Positions 1-10,095 of a stretch of DNA of 64,000 bases are shown here, piece by piece. Each line of letters opens with the position of its first letter. Positions within the stretch are counted from its first letter, which is position 1. The notes beneath the pieces were generated by a model. That model worked only from the letters and a program-made list of their open reading frames with translations. It made no database searches and had not been told where the DNA came from. The stretch is from Promethearchaeota archaeon. Its GTDB lineage: Archaea > Asgardarchaeota > Lokiarchaeia > Sigyniarchaeales > SOKP01. Made by a program: the position numbers and the translations under genes. The DNA is taken from positions 32,001 through 96,000 of the forward strand of contig JAFGGO010000061.1 of NCBI GenBank assembly GCA_016930515.1. The letters run 5' to 3'.

Positions 1-361
1 ATCCTGCTCCAGTAAATTCCCTATAGAAGCAGGAAAAATGGCCTGTATGGCACGCGGCTACATTTTGCTTAACTTTTAACAATATCGTGTCCATATAACA
101 ATCTACAAATACTTGTTGTATTTCCTGCACATGTCCACTTTCTTCTCCCTTTTTCCACAATTTTTTTCTTGATCTCGAATAGTAACAGGCTATACCCGTT
201 TCGAGTGATTGTCTAACAGCGGCCTCGTTCGCAAAAGCCAGCATCAGAACCTGATTTGACAAGTAATCTTGAGCGATCATGGGCACCAATCCTCCTTCGA
301 TTTTGGAAAAATCCAACATGCTGACGAACTTATCTATTTCTTGCTGAGAAAATTTTTTCAT
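1..361 (-). CDS. hisI: Phosphoribosyl-AMP cyclohydrolase (3' end runs off the window; not in ORF track)
   Basis: Manual translation from ATG at 361: MKKFSQQEIDKFVSMLDFSKIEGGLVPMIAQDYLSNQVLMLAFANEAAV...YYSRSRKKLWKKGEESGHVQ...VDCYMDTILLKVKQNVAACHTGHFSCFYR; SRSRxxLWxKGExSG and ACHTGxxSCF are HisI signatures. Confidence 0.93.
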   Translation of the reverse strand, partial: MKKFSQQEIDKFVSMLDFSKIEGGLVPMIAQDYLSNQVLMLAFANEAAVRQSLETGIACYYSRSRKKLWKKGEESGHVQEIQQVFVDCYMDTILLKVKQNVAACHTGHFSCFYREFTGAG

Positions 362-446
362 TATTATGAAATTTTTTTATGAATGATTAATATTAACTAA
401 TAACATTTTAGCAAATTTAAGATTAACATGGACAAAAAATATTAAT

Positions 447-1541
447 ATGACAGTGGATCCGTGGAGTTCGGCAAACATTGATGATAACGAAATAGAACGC
501 CTCATTAAAGAGTTTGGCATCGAGCGTGTTGACGATATTACCCGACAGAAAATGCTAGAAAACCGATTCATTAGGCGTAAGATCATTTTTGGGCATCGTT
601 CCTTGGGAGATATCTTTAAGGCAATAGACTCAAGGAATTCTTGGGCCGTCATGTCCGGTATTAAACCAAGTGGCCCATTCCATTTAGGAACCCTTACAAC
701 CGCATTAGAGATCGTAGAATTTCAGAAACTAGGCGCCCGAGCATATTACTGCATCGCAGATATTGAATCTTGGGAAGATAATGGCATTAGATACGAGGAA
801 GCCGAAGAAACAGCAGTAGACAACCTTGCAGATATTTTAGCTCTTGGTTTAGATCCCGATCCAGAGAAGGCCTACATCTGGAGGCAATCAAAAGAGCCAA
901 TTGTCAAGGATGTATGCTTCAAGGTAGGCCGATTAGTAACACAAAACATGGTAAACGCTATCTATGGTGAAAAACCATTTGGATTGTACCTTGCAGCACT
1001 TATACAAGTTGGAGACATCGTCCTCCCTCAATACCGAGATGGCCCCCAACCTACCATCGTACCCGTGGGAATTGACCAAGATCCCCATATTAGATTGACA
1101 AGAGACCTAACACGACGATATTTTTCCGAAGAAAAATATTTCCTTCCTGGTGCTACCTACCACAGGTTATTACCGGGTTTGGACGGATCCGACAAGATGT
1201 CGAAACGAAATCCTAACAGTTACTTTACTTTTAACGAACCTATTGATTCGATTGAAAAAAAAGTAAAAAATGCGTTAACTGGAGGGAGGCGTAACAAAAA
1301 AGAACAACAAGAATTAGGTGGAGAACCTCAAAACTGCATGATCTATAAGATTTTGATGTATCATTTTGAACCAAATGACGACAAGCTCAAGGAAAATTTC
1401 GAAAAATGCGTCACCGGGCAATTATTATGTGGCGCTTGCAAAAAGAACGCCATTGAAAAAGTTCTCGCCTTTATAAAAGATCACGAAAAAAAGAAGGCAA
1501 AATTAATAGAAAAAGCGCGAGAATTGTTAGACATTAGATAA
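447..1541 (+). CDS. trpS: Tryptophanyl-tRNA synthetase, archaeal type
   Basis: SGIKPSGPFHLG (HIGH), PVGIDQDPH, KMSKR; N-terminal VDPW; C-terminal C-x23-C-x6-C-x2-C cluster. Confidence 0.95.
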   Translation: MTVDPWSSANIDDNEIERLIKEFGIERVDDITRQKMLENRFIRRKIIFGHRSLGDIFKAIDSRNSWAVMSGIKPSGPFHLGTLTTALEIVEFQKLGARAYYCIADIESWEDNGIRYEEAEETAVDNLADILALGLDPDPEKAYIWRQSKEPIVKDVCFKVGRLVTQNMVNAIYGEKPFGLYLAALIQVGDIVLPQYRDGPQPTIVPVGIDQDPHIRLTRDLTRRYFSEEKYFLPGATYHRLLPGLDGSDKMSKRNPNSYFTFNEPIDSIEKKVKNALTGGRRNKKEQQELGGEPQNCMIYKILMYHFEPNDDKLKENFEKCVTGQLLCGACKKNAIEKVLAFIKDHEKKKAKLIEKARELLDIR

Positions 1542-1542
1542 A

Positions 1543-2478
1543 TTACACTAGTTGATTCATTACTTTTTCGATTTCGTCAATAAAATCAGAAAAATTTTCT
1601 AATAAAGTCTCCTTATATTCTTCCTTAATTAAAACCGATATATAAAAATTATTCTTATCAACCGTGATTTTATGTAAATATGATAAAATATTATTCTCGA
1701 TCGTGGTAAAATTATAATCGCTATCGTATTTTTCTTCTTGCATTCTTTTTAGAAGATATAAGTGTTCCTTGATTGATTCTAGCAATACGATATAGGAATC
1801 TGGATCTATTTCTTCTGAATAAAACTCACTTACGATAATACCGTTTTCGTCAAATAATATTAGCGAAGAGCATTTAAATTCTTCTAAATATGTTTCTAAC
1901 AAATGAGAAAGCTCAAAAAATTTTGGATCAAAAACCGAAAGAGCGTATGAGATTAATTGAACAATGCTTATAATATCGTATATGGATGTTTGTTGAAATA
2001 AAATTTTGACTGTGGGATATTTTCCATATATGGTTTCTCTTAACTCTACAATTCTAGCGTTAATGTCTTCTTTCCCCCTTAGTTCTGGATCAAATTTATG
2101 AAAAGATATAATTAAAGGAACATCCATTGAATTCTCGTTAAAGAATTTTAATATCATATCCAAGTATTCAAGAGAGGTTTTAAATCGTTTTTCGTCTTGA
2201 ATATCAATTATGAATAGTACTAAATTAGTATCAGAAAAATATGCGTCTTTATTTTGTTCGTAAAGCGCCCTATATTTCTCTTGGCCTCCCATATCCCAAA
2301 TATAGATGTTAAAATTAAGGAATTTTCGCTTGTTGTATTCTACTTTTATAGTAGGTTTTAGCTGCATTATGTACTTTTCAAAATCAAATTTCTTATCTAG
2401 TGCCGTGAGAATGCTTGACTTACCAGCATAATCCAATCCAGAGAGTATGATTTTTAGGGTATTATCCAAGAAGTTCAC
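1543..2478 (-). CDS. Rag/Gtr-like small GTPase with C-terminal roadblock/longin-like domain
   Basis: G1 GLDYAGKSS, G2 PT, G3 DMGGQ, G4 HKFD, G5 TSIYD; about 125-aa C-terminal alpha/beta domain (LILFDENGIIVSE). Confidence 0.85.
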   Translation of the reverse strand: MNFLDNTLKIILSGLDYAGKSSILTALDKKFDFEKYIMQLKPTIKVEYNKRKFLNFNIYIWDMGGQEKYRALYEQNKDAYFSDTNLVLFIIDIQDEKRFKTSLEYLDMILKFFNENSMDVPLIISFHKFDPELRGKEDINARIVELRETIYGKYPTVKILFQQTSIYDIISIVQLISYALSVFDPKFFELSHLLETYLEEFKCSSLILFDENGIIVSEFYSEEIDPDSYIVLLESIKEHLYLLKRMQEEKYDSDYNFTTIENNILSYLHKITVDKNNFYISVLIKEEYKETLLENFSDFIDEIEKVMNQLV

Positions 2479-2727
2479 ATCATATTTTTCGTGAGAGGTT
2501 CGATAATAATATACTTATAAACTCTACAAATTTATATTTTTATTTTAGCATATTAAATACTAAATGCATTATTAAAACTCATAATATTTAAGTTATTAGC
2601 TAAACGATTATCAACATTGTTTTCTGTTATGTATAACACATCGATAATACACTTGGCACATGACAATGATATAAGCTTTTTTTAATTCGGTTAGCGCTAC
2701 TAATCTTAACTAATAAATTACTTATAG

Positions 2728-2955
2728 TTGATTCAAATGATCGAGTTAGAAAATCATTTTTTAGAAAATTTAAGGCACCAAATAAAGCTTAAAGAATTAT
2801 CCAATTTTAAAAGGAGTCTTCCAACCTTTAGCGAGCAATTAAGCGAATGCGATAAAGCCGTTCGAGACATCAAAGAGAAATTTGATGAAATTCGAAAACG
2901 AGATGCATACAAAAGAGTTATTGGGCAAATTAACAAGGTATCTGAAGATTTCTAA
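2728..2955 (+). CDS. Small helical hypothetical protein
   Basis: 75-aa ORF with protein-like composition, convergent with yjbQ; no motif recognised. Confidence 0.5.
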   Translation: MIQMIELENHFLENLRHQIKLKELSNFKRSLPTFSEQLSECDKAVRDIKEKFDEIRKRDAYKRVIGQINKVSEDF

Positions 2956-2969
2956 ATATTTTTATTTTT

Positions 2970-3395
2970 TTAATCTCCAACAATCGTAATCGTAATCTCC
3001 CTATCTCTACTTTTTTCGTCAAATTCACAAAAGATAATTTGTTCCCAAGTACCTAAAAGTAGGCTCTTATTCCTAAACGGAAAAGTTTGAGATGTCTTGA
3101 CTAGGAAACTTCGTAAATGACCCGCCCCATTATGGTCTCCCCAAGTTCTATGATGCTTGTAATTCTCTTGGTAAGGAATAATTTTTTCCAAAAATTCTTT
3201 TATATCGTTTTTCACGAGCCCAGGTTCGTATTCCGTGGTAGAAATGGCACCGGTTGATCCGTTAAGATGGATATTTACCAAACCGTTGTTAATATTTCCC
3301 TTTTCAATTGCGGATTGCACTTGATTCGTGATGTTTATCACATCACAATAAGGTTCGGTCCTTTTTACTTTAAAAGATGAAAACTCTACAACCAT
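2970..3395 (-). CDS. yjbQ: YjbQ/UPF0047 family protein
   Basis: STGAISTTEYEPGL, HHRTWGDHNGAGHLRS, LGTWEQIIFCEFD. Confidence 0.92.
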   Translation of the reverse strand: MVVEFSSFKVKRTEPYCDVINITNQVQSAIEKGNINNGLVNIHLNGSTGAISTTEYEPGLVKNDIKEFLEKIIPYQENYKHHRTWGDHNGAGHLRSFLVKTSQTFPFRNKSLLLGTWEQIIFCEFDEKSRDREITITIVGD

Positions 3396-3504
3396 TGCAA
3401 TTCTTATTCTCTTAAATTATAAACAATAAGATTAATTATTCATTTTTCATTTTATTTTTTACTGAGTAATTAGGTTTTCATCCGAATAATTGTGGTAGGT
3501 TTTA

Positions 3505-3927
3505 ATGAGTGAAAAACTAAAAGAATTTTACAAGAAAATACATGATAACAAAAACAACATTCCTGAATACGCTTCCATCGTCATACGTCCTGGACAAAAA
3601 CTCGTGGATATTAAAATTAAAAAAGAAGCCTCAAACATCTTGAGGAGAATAGCGCACGATCAAAAAACTCCAGGATGGTTTTTACATTCGGTGCACATAC
3701 CCATAAAAAATTTAGGATTACCTCCCGACGCTAAGAACAAGGAGATTATTGCATATTTCGACGAACCACGCTTGATTACTCGAGATAAAGACACGAAGGA
3801 ATATGTGGAGGAATTGTTAAGGAAATATATATCAATTCTTCCTGATAAAAAGAACCATTTTTTCTCCACAAAACGTTTTAAAAAGAAAAAGGACCTCCGA
3901 ACTGGAGCAACACTAAAAGGATTTTGA
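3505..3927 (+). CDS. Basic hypothetical protein
   Basis: 140-aa ORF, ATG start with upstream GTAGGT; no motif recognised. Confidence 0.65.
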   Translation: MSEKLKEFYKKIHDNKNNIPEYASIVIRPGQKLVDIKIKKEASNILRRIAHDQKTPGWFLHSVHIPIKNLGLPPDAKNKEIIAYFDEPRLITRDKDTKEYVEELLRKYISILPDKKNHFFSTKRFKKKKDLRTGATLKGF

Positions 3928-3950
3928 TCAAATAAATTTTTATTACTATT

Positions 3951-4823
3951 TTATAGGTTTCCTTTTACAGGCATATCGCTAATGTCGATATATTCCTCTC
4001 TTTCAGGTTTTTTTTCTCGATAAGGATTATCTTCGTCGTAGACATGTCTTCCAAATGTGATATATCCCGTATGTCCAATCATCCTTACTTCAGGTCGAGT
4101 GGCGTTTTCCTTAACCTGCAAGCTTCTTTTCATAAGCTCGTATGTATTTATCTCGATAAATCCATTATCTCTTAAGGCAAAGGTCGTTTTTTTTACTTGT
4201 TCAATGGTCGGGGAAAAAGAAACCAAAACTCCGCTTAATTTCAAATATTCCTTAACTTTTTCAATTACTTCCCAAGGTTGTGGCATATCTAATACTATTG
4301 AATCAACATTTACATGATTAAGAGTGTCGTTTAATATATCGCCGTATTGCACTGTAACGATGTCTTTAAGACCAGCTTTCTCTACATTTTTTTTGGCTCT
4401 TTTTATAGATTTTTCCCTAATGTCGTAGGAAAAAACTCGTCCATTTGGACGAACGAAATTACCCAATATGCACGAAAGGGCCCCCGATCCCGCACCCGCT
4501 TCAATAACAACGCTCCCAGGTCCGATACCCGAATATATTAAAATCATTCCTGCATCCTCGGGGTAAATAATTTGAGTCTTCCGAGCCATATATACAACAT
4601 AATCAGAAGGTAATGGTTTTAAGACGTAGAATTTATGTCCTTGATGCTCGTACGGTTTGGAATAGATAACAGAACCAAATGATTTACCTATAAGATCGTC
4701 ATATTCAATTATTCCCTTATGAGTGTGAAATTGATCCCCAGATTTTACCTGAAGTAGCCACCTTCTTCGATGATCGAGAATTAAAAAGACCAAATCGTTT
4801 TCTTTTATAGTTTCAATAGTCAT
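3951..4823 (-). CDS. trmI: tRNA (adenine-N1)-methyltransferase TrmI/GCD14
   Basis: FHTHKG, TQIIYPED, EAGAGSG, LDMPQPW, SPTIEQV, HTGYITF. Confidence 0.95.
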   Translation of the reverse strand: MTIETIKENDLVFLILDHRRRWLLQVKSGDQFHTHKGIIEYDDLIGKSFGSVIYSKPYEHQGHKFYVLKPLPSDYVVYMARKTQIIYPEDAGMILIYSGIGPGSVVIEAGAGSGALSCILGNFVRPNGRVFSYDIREKSIKRAKKNVEKAGLKDIVTVQYGDILNDTLNHVNVDSIVLDMPQPWEVIEKVKEYLKLSGVLVSFSPTIEQVKKTTFALRDNGFIEINTYELMKRSLQVKENATRPEVRMIGHTGYITFGRHVYDEDNPYREKKPEREEYIDISDMPVKGNL

Positions 4824-5137
4824 ATTATGTTTTCAATAATGATTTCAATCATATATAGTATTTCTTATCTTGACGATGGAAACTTTAAAATTATTTAATT
4901 GAAACCAATTAAGTCATTAATTAAAAAGTTGTTTGAGTTTTAATCTCAAGATATTATAATTTGAATTCAAGTTTGAACCTATAAAAATGGTCATACAATA
5001 AAAAAGCACATGAAAACAAATATATTGGCTATGGATGCAAGCCAAGAATGAAAAAATATAAAAAAAATAATTAATTCAATAATCTAAGAACAAATTCTGA
5101 AATATTTCTTTTTATAAAATATATAAGGCACTTATTT

Positions 5138-6076
5138 ATGAGTAAGGAAGCAGCCAATAATGCCCAGCTTTCACAAACCTACAAGGAACTTCAAGGTAAA
5201 ATAGAAGATTACCGCGAAAAACGGGACGATCTCAACAAGAAAACGAAAGAATATATCACCCAACTACAAGAACTAGAAAATCAAATCGCGGAGAATTTAA
5301 AAGTAGCCAAGGACGAATACAAGAAAAAGCGGGATTTTTGGAACAATAAGGTAAAAAAGTTAAAAGATAAAAAAATAGAATATAAAGGCATTTTAGATAA
5401 TTTCATTGAAGAACGAAAAACACTTCAAAAAAAAGGCCCTGATGGAAAAGAACAAGGAAAATACGGAGATTTAAAGCAGATCACGAGGAAGATCGAAAAT
5501 TTAGAAAGAATGATCGAAACAGAAAACTTAGAAATTAACGAAGAAAACGCCATCATTGATCAAATTAAAGAACTTGCAGAAGTAAAACAAGACCTATTAG
5601 AATCGCAAAATTCAGATGAATTAGTAAAACTCGATCGAAAAATAGAAATAGTAAAGTTAAACCTCAATAAAATTTACGAGCAGTTAAGCAAATGGTCAAA
5701 TAAATCGCAAGATAATCACGCAAAAATGCTCGAAATCTACGATGTTATTGGGGATCTAAAAGAAAAAAAAAAGAAGATGGAAGAAGAACTCATCAAGAAC
5801 AAGCAAGCGGCCGACATGTACCACGAACAGTTCTTAGAATTGATGAATCAACGAAAGAAAATCTCTAAAAATTATCGCCCTTCAAGAACCACCTCAAAAT
5901 CGGAAAGGAGACCTCGAAAGATTAGGTTTAAAGACACTAAAGTTAAAGAAGCAGAGATGCTTGAACAACTCAAAAAAGAAAAACTTGCTGACGCACTTGA
6001 AAAGAAGAAAGCAGGTAAAAAACTTAACCTCTACGAAGCTCGATTGATCCTCGAAGCTCAAAATCAAGATAATTAA
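5138..6076 (+). CDS. Archaeal long coiled-coil protein (COG1340-like)
   Basis: K/E-rich heptads; ExxIETxxLxxxEENxIIxxIKEL and C-terminal KAGKKLNLYE pattern. Confidence 0.75.
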   Translation: MSKEAANNAQLSQTYKELQGKIEDYREKRDDLNKKTKEYITQLQELENQIAENLKVAKDEYKKKRDFWNNKVKKLKDKKIEYKGILDNFIEERKTLQKKGPDGKEQGKYGDLKQITRKIENLERMIETENLEINEENAIIDQIKELAEVKQDLLESQNSDELVKLDRKIEIVKLNLNKIYEQLSKWSNKSQDNHAKMLEIYDVIGDLKEKKKKMEEELIKNKQAADMYHEQFLELMNQRKKISKNYRPSRTTSKSERRPRKIRFKDTKVKEAEMLEQLKKEKLADALEKKKAGKKLNLYEARLILEAQNQDN

Positions 6077-6105
6077 CTATTCTATTCCTAAATATATTTT
6101 TTCAG

Positions 6106-7236
6106 CTAGTTTATAGCATTCTTAATACTAATTTTTTCTTCAGGTGCAAGTAAAATATCAAGAGATTTCTTAATTGTCTTTGCGACTCGTTTTGCTAGTA
6201 AGGGTGGAACGGCGTTTCCTATCTGCTTGTATTTTTGATTCAGACCTCCTTTAAAAGAGTAAGTATCAGGAAAAGATTGAAGCCTTGCCGCCTCTCGAAC
6301 TGAAATTGCTCTATTCTGAGTTGGATGAATAAATCTTCCCGGTGCGCTAACACATCCACAATTTGCAGTAATAGTATCTGCTGGCCGATTTAAGTGAAGA
6401 CGACCGTATATATTAGAATAACCACTATTTAGCTTGTAATTCTTGGGCAAGTCTTGGTGATTTTCTCCGGGTTTGATGAACGAGATGCGTTCTTTGACGT
6501 TTTTCCCGTGGTTTGGAGCGTGATGATCGCGTAGTTCGACTGAATTTTTTCTTAAATACTGTTGATAAGGGGTTTGGGGCGGGCGATCGTAGTTGAAAGT
6601 TATTAAGCCGTTTGATCTTCCCGTAATCGGTTTTATTTCAAGAATGTCTGAAAGAGCATCCCTTACGGTAAAGATATTAGATCGCTCTTTTCTAAAGTAA
6701 AGAGGAATCGACATTTTTTCTTTAAAACCAATGAAAAAAACGCGCTTTCTAACTTGTGGTATTCCGTAATCTGATGCCTTTAATAACCTCATTTGACACT
6801 CGTAACCTATATCATTATATAACTGTTTTATTTTTTGAACAACTCTCCCTTTATCCATGGTTAAAATACCAGGAACATTTTCCATCACGAAAAACCAAGG
6901 TTTGATCGTCTCAACCCATTTTATAAAATAATAAACAAGCGTGTTCCGAGGATCGTTTCTATTCCTGTTTCCAACTGAAGAATAGCCTTGACAGGGTGGA
7001 CCCCCAATAATACCCGTTACTCTTGAATTTGGAAGATATTTCAAGCATGTTTGCTTCACATCGAGGTTCGTTATATCCTCATTTAAGCAGATACAATCGG
7101 GGTTATTTAAATTGTAAGTCTCGTGAAAAATCTTTTCTTTTTCTACGGATAGTAAAATTTTAAATCCTTCAAGTTTAAACCCAAGTGATAGGCCACCAGC
7201 TCCACTAAAAAGGTCTATTATTTCCACGGATGTCAT
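6106..7236 (-). CDS. dcm: DNA (cytosine-5)-methyltransferase
   Basis: DLFSGAGG, GGPPCQGYS, MENVPG, QVRKRVF, REAARLQSFP, QIGNAVPP. Confidence 0.96.
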   Translation of the reverse strand: MTSVEIIDLFSGAGGLSLGFKLEGFKILLSVEKEKIFHETYNLNNPDCICLNEDITNLDVKQTCLKYLPNSRVTGIIGGPPCQGYSSVGNRNRNDPRNTLVYYFIKWVETIKPWFFVMENVPGILTMDKGRVVQKIKQLYNDIGYECQMRLLKASDYGIPQVRKRVFFIGFKEKMSIPLYFRKERSNIFTVRDALSDILEIKPITGRSNGLITFNYDRPPQTPYQQYLRKNSVELRDHHAPNHGKNVKERISFIKPGENHQDLPKNYKLNSGYSNIYGRLHLNRPADTITANCGCVSAPGRFIHPTQNRAISVREAARLQSFPDTYSFKGGLNQKYKQIGNAVPPLLAKRVAKTIKKSLDILLAPEEKISIKNAIN

Positions 7237-7328
7237 AATACTCTTAAAATAATTACTTTAATTAATGTAGGGTTCATTAAAAAATGTGTCTCGATTTTAA
7301 AACGCATTTATAGTCCAAAGCAAGAAAA

Positions 7329-7985
7329 ATGAAAAAAAGACGGCACTACGAGATCGTGAGAAATGGAATCGCTTCGTGGTACGATGTGAATAAACGCGAC
7401 TTTCCTTGGAGATCAACAACAAATTTATACAAGATCTTGGTAACGGAAATATTTTTACAAAAGACCATAGCAACAAATGTAAAAAACATATATATCGACT
7501 TTTTTAATAAGTATGATAATATGATAAAAATTTTAAACACAGAAAGGGAAGAAATCGAATCAGACATCAAATCCTTGGGATTAAGTAAGAAGCGGGCAAA
7601 AATTTTAAAAGAATTAAGCAGGATGGTGGTAGAGGAGTTCAATGGTGAGATTCCAATCCAACCTAGTGAGTTAACTAGAGTAAATGGAATTGCTGATTAT
7701 GTTAGTAGAGCTTTTTCATGTTTTGGACTAGGGAATAGGACGATATTTTTTGATGTGAATATAAAGCGAATAATTGAAAGGGTGTTTAACAATTTTAAAG
7801 ACACGATCAAAATAAAAGATCAAATCGAACAAAATCTGGATAAATTACTACCCGAATCTAATTGTAAACATTTTTATTGGGCACTTCTCGATTTTGCTGC
7901 ATTGATTTGTACGAAAAAAAATCCAAAGTGCGAATCGTGCTTGATTTCAAGTACTTGTCATTATTTCAGTTCTAAAGTTTATTAA
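7329..7985 (+). CDS. HhH-GPD DNA glycosylase, MutY/Mig (T:G mismatch) type, with [4Fe-4S] FCL motif
   Basis: WYDVNKRDFPWR, VTEIFLQKT, HhH VNGIADY, DVNIKR, C-x6-C-x2-C-x5-C; no C-terminal MutT-like domain. Confidence 0.88.
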   Translation: MKKRRHYEIVRNGIASWYDVNKRDFPWRSTTNLYKILVTEIFLQKTIATNVKNIYIDFFNKYDNMIKILNTEREEIESDIKSLGLSKKRAKILKELSRMVVEEFNGEIPIQPSELTRVNGIADYVSRAFSCFGLGNRTIFFDVNIKRIIERVFNNFKDTIKIKDQIEQNLDKLLPESNCKHFYWALLDFAALICTKKNPKCESCLISSTCHYFSSKVY

Positions 7986-8027
7986 ATTATTACAGTCAAT
8001 AATTTAAAATACAATCTAACTCATAAA

Positions 8028-8525
8028 TTGGTAATGAGGGATAATAATTTAAAATATGTTAGCGCAGTTTTTTTTGTGAAAAATATAGAAGTATCAAGGC
8101 AGTTTTATGCTAACACACTTGGACAAGAAATAACAGCGAATTTTGGAAGAAATGTGGTTTTTCAAGGCGGATTATCGATATGGGAAGAGAAATACGCTTT
8201 AAGTACCATCTATTCCTTAAGCAAAGCAAATATTAAGGTCGGAAGGAATAATAGCGAAATTTATTTTGAAACAAGAGATATTGAAAGGGCTTACAAAAAG
8301 TTCAAGAAGGATGGGATTGAGATCATTCATGAAATAATGGAACATCCTTGGGGTCAAAAAGGATTTCGATTATTCGATCCAGATAAACATGTTATTGAAA
8401 TAAGCGAACCAATGGACGAGGTAGTGTTAAGATATCATAATATTGGATATGATATGAAAGAAATATCAGAAAAAACAATGATGCCTATTAATATGGTCAA
8501 GAAAATTATCGAGACACTAAAATAA
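8028..8525 (+). CDS. Glyoxalase/VOC family protein with short C-terminal HTH-like tail
   Basis: FVKNIEVSRQFY, EIYFE, EHPWGQKGFRLFDPDKHVIEISE. Confidence 0.88.
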   Translation: MVMRDNNLKYVSAVFFVKNIEVSRQFYANTLGQEITANFGRNVVFQGGLSIWEEKYALSTIYSLSKANIKVGRNNSEIYFETRDIERAYKKFKKDGIEIIHEIMEHPWGQKGFRLFDPDKHVIEISEPMDEVVLRYHNIGYDMKEISEKTMMPINMVKKIIETLK

Positions 8526-8635
8526 ACAGCCCAATCTATTTTTTTTAAAGTCCTTTTCAATTATTTTAATTCTTCTAATTCAAAAAATTTTAATCAAATT
8601 CTATATTATCTTTCTCAAAGTTATATAAAACTGAT

Positions 8636-9973
8636 TTGATATATTTGAAAAATAAATTAGAAGAAATTCGGTCGATTTTAATCGAGCACCATCAAGAAAT
8701 TCGCAGTGCGATCCCACTCATTGCGTCCGAAAACATCACGAGCCCCGCTGTTGATGAGGCGTGTAATTGCGATTTTAGCCATCGATACGCAGAAGGATGG
8801 GTAGGACAGCGAGTGTACGCTGGTTGTAAATACATTGACAAGATAGAAAGTCTTTGTATGGACCTCACAAAGGAATATTTCAATTGTTGTTTTGCTGATG
8901 TAAGACCAATTTCGGGCGTCATGGCAAATCTCGTCTTGTATAACGCTTTTACTTCACGAAATCATGGAAAGATGATGGCAATGCCCATACCAAAAGGAGG
9001 CCACATCAGCCACGCCCCATTTGAGACCTCTAACGGACGCAAAATTTACGGTACTGCGGGAACCGTTAGAGGATTGGATATTAAATATTTCGCCTTTGAC
9101 GAGGAAAATATGAACCTTGATGTAGATGCATCAGCCAAAATCATACGAGAATTTAAACCAGAGATGGTATTGTTCGGGGGTTCTGTGTTTCTTTTTCCAC
9201 ATCCCGTCAAGGAATTAAGTGAAGTAGCAAAAGAGATAGGTGCGCATGTTGGATATGATGGCGCTCACGTGGCTGGACTAATCGGATCGGGGTATTTTCA
9301 AGATCCCTTGCGAGAAGGCGCAGACGCAATGAGTCTCAGTTGCCACAAGACTTTACCTGGCCCCCAAACAGGCGCGGTAGTCTCAAACAGGGAGGATTTA
9401 GTAGAAGACTTGAAAAACGCTGCCTTTCCGTCATTATTTTCGAACCATCACTTGCATAATATAGCAGGATTTGCCGTAGCACTTACCGAGATGTTAGAAT
9501 TTGGGAAGAAATATCACGAAAAAGTGATTAAAAACGCTCAAGCTTTAGGTTCTGCTTTGCAAGAACGGGGATTTAAGGTGCTTTGTGAACATTTAGGATT
9601 TACTAAATCACACCAGATCGTTATCGATATTGGAAATTTTGAAAAAACTGTAGGTCTTGGAGGAACTTTAGAGGCACTCTTAGAAGAAGCAAATATAATC
9701 GTTAATAGGAACCTACTTCCTTGGGACATACGAGAAGGAAGGCACTATATGAATCCGGGAGGTCTAAGGCTCGGAACATCGGAAGTTACAAGGTTAGGAA
9801 TGAATGAAAGCGAAATGGTCGAAATAGCTGAATTTTTCAAAAAAATCATTGTTGAACAACAAGATCCAAAGAAAGTTAGGAGAGAAGTTGCTGAATTCAA
9901 GGAACAATTCCAAGAAGTTAAGTACTGCTTTCAATCACCTAATAAGGCTTATGAATACCTGAAGTTTTATTAG
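8636..9973 (+). CDS. glyA: Serine hydroxymethyltransferase, archaeal type
   Basis: LIASEN, YAEG, GGHISH, YDGAHV, HKTLPGP (PLP Lys), GLRLGT. Confidence 0.96.
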   Translation: MIYLKNKLEEIRSILIEHHQEIRSAIPLIASENITSPAVDEACNCDFSHRYAEGWVGQRVYAGCKYIDKIESLCMDLTKEYFNCCFADVRPISGVMANLVLYNAFTSRNHGKMMAMPIPKGGHISHAPFETSNGRKIYGTAGTVRGLDIKYFAFDEENMNLDVDASAKIIREFKPEMVLFGGSVFLFPHPVKELSEVAKEIGAHVGYDGAHVAGLIGSGYFQDPLREGADAMSLSCHKTLPGPQTGAVVSNREDLVEDLKNAAFPSLFSNHHLHNIAGFAVALTEMLEFGKKYHEKVIKNAQALGSALQERGFKVLCEHLGFTKSHQIVIDIGNFEKTVGLGGTLEALLEEANIIVNRNLLPWDIREGRHYMNPGGLRLGTSEVTRLGMNESEMVEIAEFFKKIIVEQQDPKKVRREVAEFKEQFQEVKYCFQSPNKAYEYLKFY

Positions 9974-10095
9974 ATTTAGTTTTTATTTTAAAATTTTACT
10001 TTTAATTTTTTATGAATGGATTCTTTAAAAGAAAAATTTAATTTTTATGCTGCACTCTTCCTTTTAATTACGATTTATTTTTTGTGTATTAAATA

